Source of the DNA: Nageia nagi | Taxonomy: Eukaryota; Plantae; Pinophyta | Reading direction: 5' to 3' | Length of the DNA: 64,000 nt | Assembly: GCA_050084985.1 (NCBI GenBank) | Contig: JBITNC010000001.1 | Coordinates: forward strand, 167,338,001-167,402,000 | In this document: piece by piece, positions 35,850 to 48,917 of the stretch | Position numbering within the stretch: the first letter of the stretch is position 1 | Layout of the letters: each line of letters opens with the position of its first letter | Program-made: the position numbers and the translations under genes | Notes under the pieces: generated by a model | Told to the model about the DNA's origin: nothing | Databases searched by the model: none | Seen by the model: only the letters and a program-made list of their open reading frames with translations

Positions 35850-37730
35850 CTATTTTTTGTTATTAATCATAGAGGAGTTTGGCCCTCAATAAATTAGATT
35901 GTTAGCTAATATGTATAAATAAAATTAGTAGCATATATTCCTATTATGTTTACTACTGACATAGTCCATAACAAAAATGATAACACCAAAATAAGTCTTA
36001 GAACATAAAACACTAAAACACATCCCAAAACATATATCCTAGTTATTATTTTTTCCCTTACCCTTTAGTGATTCACCTTTTTCTTCCTCATCAACTTGTA
36101 TTAAGAATTTCATAGTGGCCCTAATGTGAATAGCTAGATCATCTCCCAACATTATTCATACAAGTCATAATAGTTTTCAATTTTTGAGAAAGTTCCAGCA
36201 TCAACTTGTAGTTAATTCTAACTATGTCAACCAAAGTCTTCCACACTTTTTCTACTAACTATTCTTCTTTTCCAAAATCAGCACTTGGTGGAGTGGGAAT
36301 TTAATTTACTTCCACCTTAGCTACATCTTGGGGATTTTACAACTCTTCAAAATATGTAGATTGTAATGCCTCCTCTTCATTTTCCCCTTTAACTACCTCC
36401 TCCTCTACCTCTTGCACACATGCATCATCTTCCTCCTTTGAAATCTTTTTACTATTTTTCTTATTCTTGGAAATAGGTTCTACCTAGTCCAACTCCTCTT
36501 CATCATATTCATATGTATAGTCAACAATCTTCTTCCTATTCCCTTTATTAATTTGAGTAGATGTTTGAAATGATTTATATTATCCCTTACCTTATAGAAA
36601 GGGATATAGTCTTTCCCATCCTTTTATTCATAAGTTTATTCAATCAACATTTCTTTCCAATTTACCATTTCATTCTCTTTCTTCCCTATGCCAAGAAACA
36701 ACTATATTCAAGATACAAGAAGCCCACTCTTCTTTGGGACTCAACCTAATTTTGTACAATGTTCCTTCTCTACCATAAAATCAAATACCTTATTAATTAT
36801 TCCCTAGTGAAAAGGTAGATTTTTGTATGCCATTTTAACCCCATTGATTGAATTCTTCAAGTCATGGAATAAAAAATCCAAGAAATTACCAATTCATTAT
36901 GTTGAATCAAATTTATAATTTTGACCTAATACCTAAAAATATGTTGGTATTTCCCATCCAAGGTAATGTACTTCATTACTACTATAGCTAATATATTCCA
37001 AGGCTTGGGTCAAGACTCTTTACTAATCCTTGACTCCAACTAACAAAAGTTCTCTTCCCCTTACAAGAATTTTGCTAGCTATTTTACCAATTTCATTTTC
37101 ATTTGGTGGATAAGTTATCCCATATTCATAATTCCTCTAACTTAAGCTAAAAGGTGAGGTGAAAAGGTAAAAAATAACCCCTCCAACTCCACTTGTCCTT
37201 GTTTCTAAGAGTTACAAACCTTCCTCATTATCCATTCATCAAATGAATTAAATTTCATGAAGAATTGAAATAGCTTTGAGGGTTCAAATAGAGGGGTTAT
37301 TTCCCATTTAATTGCTAACATAGTTGGTTCAATTTGCACTAGCTCACTACCTATTCTAGCTAATTGTGAAGGAGAATTATAAGGAAGCTTATTTTTCCAA
37401 TCTATCTTACTTATCTTAAGAGGTATACTACCATTGCCTTGACCACCTAGAGTTCATCCCTCATACCTCCACTTGCAATTGGCATGAGAAATATTTCACC
37501 TCATAGTCTTCTCAACCATGCATTATAATGAATACAATGAGTTTTCCATTCATGCCATGACTTTTTATTATTAACGTTTTCTTAATCTCATTAATTGTTA
37601 TTTGAATGGGGTCTAGATCGAATTGATACTATTGGAGTCTTATTCAATATTTCACTCCTCTCATACATAGCAATAATAGCATCTTCTTTAGTTTTCTTTA
37701 TTTTCTTATTTTAAGTTGTTATTCTATAAC
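35850..37730 (-). mobile_element. 3' end of a second degenerate LINE: RNase H remnant, extra ORF, 3' tail
   Basis: IQITINEIKK..KSW (EGDS.IIINAI..W-like RNase H) at ~37550-37620. From 37354: IGSELVQIEP..FDEWIMRKVCNS*KQGQVELEG..ES*PKPWNILAIVVMKYITLDGKY..NFLDFLFHDLKNS..PFH*GIINKVF, then an E/K-rich tail. The 3' end GGGCC..TTAATAACAAAAAA resembles the tail of the first LINE. Confidence 0.65.
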
Positions 37731-40700
37731 AAGTTAACTTTAAGGGGCAAATATAGTACACACCATACTCCAAAACAGATAAAAAAGATGTAAACTAGGC
37801 ATGAGAAATTCTAGAGTTTGGTATAATTATGTGAAGATAAGATCTAGATAATTGGAATGAAATTCATTCAATAAGTAAATATTAGGCCACCATAAACACA
37901 CAAGATTTGGGTTAGGTTTAAGGATGATAGGAATCCCAATATTTAAGAAAAATATTTGTAAATTCTAAGGTTTTAGTACAAAATATTTTATTCATGAACC
38001 AAAATAAAATCTAAATTTTTTGAAAAATAAAAAAAAACATTAGGTTCACTAAAAAATTATGTAAAATAAAATGATTTTATAATATTTAATATATATAAAT
38101 AAATTATGTTATCTACTGATGATAAATAGAAATTGACAAAGAGAAATAGAATGAAAATATGATGTAAAACAATTAACTAGGGTACACATGATATCTAAGA
38201 AAAATCACAATTACTAAGAATACAAAATCTATATTTAACATGGAAAAATATGAAAAATAATATTTGTACACCTATTTCAAATGAATCTAACTATTTGATA
38301 ATTATCAACAAGCATCTCCTAAGGATAAATTTAATGATTATTTTTTTTTTTTTTTTAATCTTGGATTTTGTAGAGGTTAGGATCAACCTGTCATGGTTCT
38401 CCCCCAAATTTTCTAATCCTAAAAGTTTTATGACTTATAATATGCTTGAAATATGGACCTATTATGAACATAGACACTAACTTAATATTTTAAATTACTA
38501 TGTGATGATCTTGGTAGATGACTTGATTAATGTGGGATGATTATGTTGGATATCATGCTTGTTGTATGATGGAATTATGATCCATTATTTTACATAAGCA
38601 TATATGACTATTATGCCTTAAGAACATAGGTATTGTTGATTTCATATGATTTTGCAGGCATTCATTGGAAAGGATCATGATGGTCATTGGTTCAAAAGTA
38701 TTATCCATCATTAAGATAGTCTTCTATATCATTTCATCTTCATTCATTTTTTAGTACATATTTCGTGAGAAGTATTATTTTAGCATACATGAAATAATAT
38801 TAAGTTCATTAATAAAACTAAATTTTTATTCCACCAAATTGAAACATGGAACTCTATAAACTATCTTGTCATCACACCATTACATATTGCACAAGGAAAA
38901 GAGGCATTATGGAAATTGTTTGGTACATTATAAATTATAAGGTATTGTATTTCAATACATGTTTTAGCATAATACATGAGGGTTTAAGTGCATGACCAAA
39001 CTTAAAGCATAAGGCCAAATTTTATATCATTGGTATTACATTCATAACAACACCTTGAGACTATATGATTAAATTGCATGGGAGCATTATGGAATCTTGT
39101 ATTTGTATCCAAGATTAAAATCTTTTTATCGACATACTTGTTTTTAGCATATGATCAAATTTGATTATTAACACTCTATTTCATAATGAGCATAAATAGA
39201 TCAATAAATTACACTAACATGGGATTACATAAAGATCACAAGAATTACATGTGCATATAATCTTGTATCCTTGCACTTGCAAGAAGGGAAAAAAATATCC
39301 TTATTTTGTAAACATTGTTTACAAAATAAAATAGTTAATGACATAGTTGATTCCATGTCTACATTCATGAAGAAAAATGTAATCCCATTGCATGGTTAAA
39401 ATAAATATCACCATGGGAGATTAGGGATTTAGGAGCCCTCATACAAACCATTCTAGAGGCTTCCATGAGGTGCCAATCTATGTACATATGACAATGATGG
39501 ATGACTATGATGAATGGATGTCAAGTCTTTTCTAAAATAACATAGGGCTTTTAGGAGCGTATCAATGCAGCTCCACCTGGTGTTAATATACAACTAGGAT
39601 ATCTGAAGTTGAATCCAAATTTAATTATGGCATAGGGCATGGTAGAAATCATAAAATAAGATATATTGGGGGTTATTTAATGTATTTTTCATAATAAAAT
39701 GTTGTAGGAGAAACCCTAGACATACAATGGGGAAACAAGTTTGAGTACTAAATTATAATAAAGAATGGTGGCACAAGCAAATAGGGGTTGTAGGGATATT
39801 GCACTGTGATTCATCATGACTACATGGAACCCATTTTTAGATGATATCATTAAAAATTTAGGCCACAAACTAATCATATTCTATAATGTTTAGATGAATA
39901 TCATGGCAATTTCATTAAATGTTATTTGTAGGTTTCCTATTTGGGTGAATTCATTCACCATTGGTTTAAATTTTGATTTGATGGAGTTTGTGTTAAATAG
40001 GAATGTGTTGTGGTTCCTTAGACATATTGATGTTGTATAAGGAGCCATAGCTAACCATAACTAAATAAAAATATATTTTGACCTTATTTTAAGCTTCTTT
40101 TTAGTAATCCTTTCCTTCCTACTCCTTAGGGTTTGGTATTCTTGGCATAATGCATTGTAGAAATTTGAAATCAAGTTATTTTATAAGAGGATGAAACATT
40201 GACTTATTTTCAAATATGTTGTTTTTACTACACATTATAAATTTGTAATGCTAAAGGGTAGAATCTATTCAAATATTATGAATGTCCTAGGTAAATCCCT
40301 AGTTTGAATGTTGCAAATTTACAACTTGTTTGAATGTCTTTGGAAACAAATTATTCCTAAAGGTATAGATACAATTGTACATAAGTTAAAGAAAATTTTG
40401 TACTATGGTTTCTTTCCATAAATTGTAAAAAGTATTTTTGGTTATAACTAGTTTTAAGATAGATTCATAAGGATAAATCCTTACCCTATAAGCTATGAAT
40501 TCTCTTTTTGATGGTTTGTATGCTAAGCTTTAATATGTTATGAAAAAATTATTATTCACTTTAATAGTATTCAAAAGGATACGAAGATCAACAATTTGCT
40601 AGGAATAAAAAAAGGGACTAAAACCCTAATATAGAATGCTATATCAAGAATGAATAATTTCAAAATGGGTAAAAATCCTCTAATATTTGTATGGAAAATA

Positions 40701-43700
40701 TAATAGTTGCTAAACTAGAATAATGAAAAAACTAAATAAAAAAAACTTAAGTAGTTTATATTATCACTAATGTCAATATATGGAGGATAATATGTAGAGA
40801 CATTTTCTTATCTATTCAATCACTAACTCTTTCCATGTAGCAATTAAAATATGTTGCATGGTTATTAAGAATGGGGAATTTGTATGGATTCAATAGGCCC
40901 AAAATTTAAAACAACTTTCGGTGTAGGTATAAAGGTGATATTGATAATGGATTACATATGTTGTTATAATCAAATATAGTTAGACTAAAATAACTAACAA
41001 ATAAATTACTTCAAGGAGATTCTAGAACACAACTCAACTCAAATAAAAGTTAAAAATATGAAATCCTAGTTCATGAACATATTAAATACAATTTACTATT
41101 GGAAACATACTAGTATTTAAACTAGTAAACAAAATAAATTGTTAATATGATTGTCATGTTACACACAATGAAATGAATTTCATATTGGATGATGTGATGT
41201 GGTGATTACATTTCATTAAGGTCTTTTTAAGTAGGATTTCTATTGCATTTTGCATGAATTGAGTTTGAGGAGTAATCTTTTTTGTAATATATTCTTATTA
41301 AGGTTGATGACTATCAATGTTAAGACATGGAGATATAATGTGAATAAATTTCCTATTATTTATATAAGAAGGATTATTGTAAGCATTATATACATTTCAT
41401 ACCATATAAAATATTAAATTGATTGCATCTCATATCACTTTCCATGATTAGGGGATGAGTCATCATTTTTTTGCATACCTCCAAGTGAAGGCAGGGTGAG
41501 TTCATAAAATTGCTTTATCATGACTATGTGTGTGAAGTGTTGTTTGAGCTTTGGGGGGATAGGATACCCTAACTTGACTTGGACCTATCCCATGGTTAGG
41601 AAGGCATCACTAATGTCATTGAGAATAACACTCACTCTTTAATTCAATTCAAGCATTTATTGTATTTTTATTATCTCATATTGTGGTCAATGAATCTATT
41701 TGATCATTCTTAATCATGTATTTTTCATAGTTTATATTGTTAAATAATATGGTTAATAATTTTATATGATCATGGGTTTTTGAGATATACTTACATATTA
41801 TTTTGGAGGATGGATGTCTCCAATTGGATTCTTGTGGGATACCTCTTGTAGGCTAATGACTATTCCCATAATGATATCACTAATATGTTTTTGTATAAGA
41901 ATGGAAAGTTTCAATCAGTTGACGTTAGTCAATCAAGTAGTACATGTTGATTATATTTTTATCCTTTATATGATTATGAGTACCAATATAGTATGGAAAA
42001 CTTGAAAACTAACACTATAGATATCTAGCATGTTATGTATACTTTTTTTATTAATAGGAATGAATTTAGGGGATAGGAAGACCAGTTTGGAAAAAGTTAA
42101 ATATTTTTTGTATTCTCTTTATTGTATGATTGTATAAAAAACCTTATTCATAATCTAAAAATGACTTGGTTGATACTCTTATCATATATTCTTGTAAATC
42201 ACTTTTCAAATTGATTATCCAGATAATGAATAATGCAATGTAAAAATATGGTTAAAACTTTATGTGTATGCATATCAAGTTAATTACTGGGAAATTAAAT
42301 GCTTGAAAGTTTTTGAAGATGAATGTTGCATTTAGTCATATATATATAAGCTGTTATCTATATCATGTTAAGCTCATAATGGTAAATTTTTGTAAGAAAG
42401 GGATGTTATAATCTTTTGCATGTAATTCCTTGGTTAAATTGGTTTTGTTATATAAATTTGTATGTGTAAAAGTAAACTTAAAAAAGTATGAGTTAGTGTT
42501 TTTTTTAAGAAAAATTGATGTTGTCAATCAAAATTTGTTAGAGTAAAATTTTCATTGTATAAACAACTACATATATAGAAAAGGAGACAATTTTGGTCAA
42601 GCAAAATAATTACCTCATACTATTACAAAACATAACATGATTCACATGGTTAAAAATTACTAAAATGTATGTTATCTTAGTTTGTAGAGCTAAGAAAACA
42701 TGGTTATAAATTGTATACATGATATTGTAAATAGGATTATTGTATGAATAAAAATTGGTGTATGGGGAAAATAACTTCAAACATTACCTATATACTTACA
42801 AGGCTGCAAATTCTAGAACAAACTAATAAGTGGAAAACTTTAGAATGAAATGTTTCATTCATGTTATATTGTTTAATTTGTTGAGCTTAAATATCATATG
42901 AAAAAAATAATTCATGATCAATAATATGTTGTATAATAATAAACTTGCATACTCATAAAATATATAATGTAAGTTAAGCAAGGAGGTTAATTGCAAAAAG
43001 GATTTTCATCCAAACTCACTAATGCATGGGGAAAATATGATACAATATTTGCATACTTATAAGTGTATAAAATTAAGTCATACATCATGGTATAAAACTT
43101 GGATCATACATATAAAATTATCCTTATGTTGGACTTTGTAATAAATCACATTTCTTCAATATTAACTTATACCTGGTAAGAACATTATAAATATACCAAA
43201 TGTTTAAACATGATATCATGTTATAGTAAAGGATCCTTAGTGGTCCACTTTAGTCCTTGGGATTTTTTCAATGGATGAAAAATGAGATAAATCTTATTCC
43301 TTGGTTACAATGTAAACTAAATGTTGATTCCTTTTGAATCTTTTGTACTTTATAGATGACTTCAACATCTTAAAGTGTTATGGATTTTCTATAATAATAA
43401 AATTTTATTATCATGCTTCAAAATGTTTTTTGGTATGAATATAATGGTTTGTTAGGATAAGTATTCTCCTCATACAACATCAATAATGATTAATCTCCTC
43501 CTCATATGTAGGTTAGTATCCAAAACCAAATTTAAAATGAAATAATTTCTTAAAACATATATAAAATATTTAAAACAAGGAATCCAAGGTTACATCAAGC
43601 CTAGAAACTAAAAATCGATGCTATTTTAAATTTTTAAGTATTGAAATTCTCTAAAATTAAGATTATGAGTGGTAATGTATGGATGAAATAGGAAATTTGG

Positions 43701-45040
43701 GGTTCCTATTTTTTTGTGGATTTTTCAAATCTAAAATTATGGAGGTTGTGAGATGATTCTAGGGTTTTGGTTCTAAGGTTCACTTGGTGCATTTTATCTT
43801 AGAACTTGATTTGTTGAAATAAAATATCCTCCAATTTGACATGCAAGTATTGTAATGTATTCCTTGATAAATAATCTACAAAATGAATATCTTGGTGAGC
43901 TTATGGGGGTTTTAGAATAATAGTTATGATGCTTGAAACATTATCTCCTTAATAAAGGGTTTGCAATGTGATCATAGGAAGCTTCATCATCATGAGTGTG
44001 AAGAGATTTATTTCCATGAGTAGCTTGATCATAAAGAGAATTGATAATTTGAAATCATTTTAAGAGCTCATTTTATACATTACAAAATAAAATAAGACAA
44101 TTAAAGGATTATCTAATCTTTATTTTGAAATTAGAACATTAATATTCCATCTAATTAATTAAATAATTTTAGATACCTAAATAAATGATTTTATATAAGT
44201 AAAAAATTGAATTTATGTGTCTACAAGATATTTATAATAATAGTAAAAAAATAAATGCTTCAAGTTCTCTAAAAGAAGAATTGTATGTCTTATGTAAGAA
44301 AAAGCTAAAGAATTAGTAGATGAATGATAAAACTAGAAATAATATACAAAACCATTTGATATGAATCACATACACAACCTAACATGGTGAGAACATATCT
44401 TCTAAAATCATATAATAAGATAACTATATCATAATATCTAATAATTAGTGGGAATGAAGATTAAACATATTAAGATGATAAAATAAAGGAGGGTAAAAAA
44501 TACTAGATCTTAAGAAGAAAGGGAAATAATTATCATAAAATATTTATAAAAACATTAGATAGGTGAAAGTAAGTTTTTTCACATAGATGAAGCTAAACAT
44601 ATTTATTCTAGACTATTCCAACTTTATAGAAAATGTTTTCTATGCCTTTTAAAATTTGAGTATGTAAGGTAGAATAATAATTAGTAAACCATATGATTGC
44701 ACAATGCAAATATCTAAATGTTTAATGGAAAATTTTTTTGTCACTTTTTTAATACCAAATGGTGCTTTCAAAAATTATTGTAGTAAATATTTGAGATGCA
44801 ATAACCCCAAAATACATGTGTAGAATGAGAAATGAGATATTCTAACCCCTTAGAAAATATAGTATGAAAATAGTTCAAGAAAAGGATTAAAATCTTGGTA
44901 AACTCTTTAAGGAAAAAAAGTAAAAACCTAAATTGAATTAAAAGTAAGATGTTGTAAAAGTAAAATCCTAAAAAAAATTAAATAAAAAAATATTATGGAT
45001 CCTTCCACCAAAGAATACATTAGAAGTAAATTTGATGAAC

Positions 45041-46781
45041 TATAATAGACACATAAAATTGATTTTATATTTATTTAAAATTAATTATTTATATTATCAA
45101 TAAATAATATTGTAATTGATGTAATACGCAAATATCAAGAAAGGTATAGATCTCAAGAAAAGTATTAAAATAACTATGAAAAAAGATCATTGTGAGATAT
45201 TTGATAAGGTAGGTAAATCCAAGGTGAGCTTTAAAATATAATAGTAACTCTTAACACCACATTCATACTTGAATCTTATAATAGTTAAAGCTAAAGTTTG
45301 TAATTCACTATATTATGCATGAGGTTCGATCAAGGACACATCCAAGACTATAGTGGTAGAAGTTGGATACCTATATCCTTAAGAAAAGGATAACCATTGG
45401 TCTATTTTCCCTAAAATGAATCACTAGCAAGATTGAGGATCAATCAAGGATGCATTCAAGATCATCATGGAAAAATCTCAACACCTAGATTCTTAGGAAA
45501 AAGATCACCAATAGCTTGTTTGAGGACCAATGATAGACTAGTCTCATGTTGAATCTTGCAAAAGTATATTTTAGTTTGTAAATGCTCAATTTTGATCCAA
45601 AAAGGGTTGTATGACAAATTGTTTTCCATGTACTCAAAAAGATCTATCCAATTATGTGGATTTTATAATATTTAGAGATCATATTTGAGAGATATTTTTT
45701 AAATGAGTTAATTATTTAATTTATTTTTTTAAGTATCAACAAAATGGTAAACTTAATTATTTCCAAGGGTTTTATTCCTTGGGGAAAAATTCAAGAAGAT
45801 CTTAAAAGGACCTTATTGGGATCCTATTGAAAAATACAAAAGTGACTGCAATGGCCACTTCTCTAATAGATACCAATATTGAGGCATGTCTCATAAATCC
45901 TATAGTTATGGAGTGTAATGTGGTATTTAACAAACACATGCATAGGAGCCCTATTGATTAGAGGAGTATTTTTAAACTTGAGATAATTTATTTTATGTTG
46001 AGTATTTTAGATTTTCCACTATTTTGTAGATATCAGTGTTGACACAATTAACCACTATTCTACTATATGTACCAATGTGGATTTGGTAGGAAAGCAATAA
46101 AGAAGGAAACAATCAAAGGAGATTCATCCTTATTTTTATCTTATCTTCCCTCCATTCATAATAGATTCATGGGGTAACCAAGTCAAAAAGGGGCATGTAT
46201 GGGGCATCAAAAATGCCTCAATGAATGAATACTGTTATCTCTTGTAAAATTCAAGAATATTCTAGCTTGGATAAACCTAATCCAAGCATCAAAATTAATC
46301 CAACCTTTAGTCACAAGGTGCTAAATGGAATGTTGGGATATTATGATAGGGCTTCTTATCACATAATCCAAAATCAATAATCATCAAGTTCAAAGCATTG
46401 TCAAGTGAGGGATTTCAATAGGGGTTTTGTTTCATAATTTTATTTATAATGTATGATTTTCAAATGCTTGTATTTTCAATTAAACTTTCAAAGTGGGGTA
46501 TCTATAGACACATAAAATTGCTTTTATGTTTAATTGACATAAATTATTTATGTTATTAATATATAATATTTTAATTTATCTAATATGAAAATATCAAGAG
46601 AGAACCATGTAATATAAAAATATCAATAAAGGTGTAGATCTCAAGAAGACTATCAAAATAACTATTTTGCATGTACTTGGAAAGATCTATTCAATTATGT
46701 GGTTTTTATATCATTTAGATATCAAATATGAGAGGTGCTTATTAAGTTATATTTATTTAATTCATTTTTAAAGTATCAATA
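45041..46781 (+). mobile_element. Possible decayed small LTR element (TRIM-like)
   Basis: 45045-45178 plus 45620-45740 match 46505-46780 (ATAGACACATAAAATTG...AAGTATCAA). AAAGTGGGG (PPT-like) precedes the second copy and TGGTA follows the first. No TSD found. Confidence 0.45.
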
Positions 46782-48917
46782 AATATATAAATGAAATCTA
46801 AAGGAGGAAAAAATAGAATTCCTAAACAAAAACCAAAAAGACATTTTAATTTGGGTTAAAGCATACATAAAAAAAGCTTTAAAAAAAGTAGAGTTGTACG
46901 CATTACTCAAAAGCATCAAAGTACTAAATATAATTAACCTAAAACCACTTATAATTATTGGTGATTTAAAAAATCATAAAGAAAATTTAAAATAAATATG
47001 CTAAAAATAACATGTCTATAATACATTGAGGAGGTTATGGCTATGATAACTAGCATATATATCATAGGTCTATATCTATCTTTTTTTTTTAACCATGTAA
47101 CAAGGGCATTGAAAAATTGGGCATTCATAAACAATAATATACAATAAAATAATACTATTGGACAATCCATAAATAACCACCCATAAATTATTTAAAATAT
47201 CATAAAAAAATAATTTTCCTAGATTTCAAAAAGTAGGAACTCAACTTTACATTACATATAATATTAGGAATCTATAATAAAAATTCCAAAACCTAAAGTA
47301 AAAGTTATTATAATAAACATTCTACCTTAAGGAATGAATAATGGAATCACCTACAAGCAACACTTTATAATTCCCTTCCAAAGGCCACATGTGCATACAA
47401 CAAACATGAAGCAACTACATATTACAAACATCTAGCATGGTGATGTAATTAACATTATATGTATGCATTTATTAAGAGTATCAATTATTAAAAGAACCCT
47501 TAAGATATTGATGAAATAAAAATACAATTGGTGGCATGTAGTTATTGAATCCAAGCCATGTGGATAAGAATAATAACAAATATCAAGTACTAAAGATTGT
47601 AATAGAAAACATGGTTGACTTAATTAGACACAAAGTCCTAATTTAGAATATACCTTAAAATAATAATGATTACAATCCTCTCAAAATATGAAACCTAATA
47701 ATATAATAAATATAATGCAATATGTAATATATTGAATAAAAGAACCTATAAAATGTAATTTATTGATAAGAACATCATGTTACAACCTACACTTGAGTAA
47801 TTTTACAATGAATGAGTGTATAAAAATTAACAACATGTGATCTCTCTAATTACTATGTATTACTTAATCTTAATGGAAATTAAGATCATATTTTCTCATT
47901 TTGCTTTAATGGATAAAGGTATTTATAGAAATATGGGTAGATATATATTGAACATTTATTTCCCATAATCATGTTATGTGGAGAATATCACTAAAAGATT
48001 TAAAAATATAGTTAGTATTGGCATTAGCAATGTTCAAACCAAGCATGTTAAAAATACTTTTTAGCTTAACCAACATAAGCATGAGTGAGAACTTTGAAAA
48101 CCCCATGCATATCCATCCATCATGGATCTAAGAAGTATCCCCATAGTTATATTTCCATAATTGATCTATAAAAGTAACATATGTAAACTTAGTGTGGACT
48201 CTATGAATAATTCTCTAATGAATTGATCTATTCAAACTACACTATTCAAATCACCCACATACAAAAATAGAGAAATAATATCATGCATGAAATATCTTAT
48301 ACTATATAAAGGATATAGATGATAAAATAACTCTTTGGATAAAATATATTTCATGGAAAAGTGAGAAGAGGGATAAACATAAATAATATTGAATAATGGT
48401 AGGAATTCATGGTTTTACATTGACTTATTAAGACTAGTGAAGCATCAAAAATATGAAAAGAAAGAAAAAGAGATTATGAAGAAACTATCAAAGGAGGATC
48501 AAAGATAGAGGAACTTAATACAAAGTTAAATATTGGAAATATATCATATCCTCTCAAACTTAGTTGAGAAAATGACATAGACATATGAACCCTAATACAA
48601 TGAAGCTATATACACTATGAAGCTAAATCACCTTTATTAAAGTTTTAATCCTCCATATTATAAAATATAAGGTATGCTAAATTAAAGATGCAATCACCAT
48701 CTCCCCTTAAGTAATGGATAAAATCCACCTGACTCTTAACCAAAAGAACACCAACTAGATTTGATGATCAAAATGGAAGCTATAGGAACTATATGTTCAC
48801 ATATCTTAGGAAGAGATTATGAAGGAGAACAAATAATAATGAAAAATATAAGTAGCTCTAATATGTATGCATGGTATGATGGAAAATAGGTAAGGGTAAT
48901 AATCTCCCTTGTGTTGT

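Noticed and set aside
40860-41040. Integrase C-terminal GPY/F-like remnant (GEFVWIQ..RYKG)
   Set aside because: Too short and degenerate, with no adjoining integrase core.
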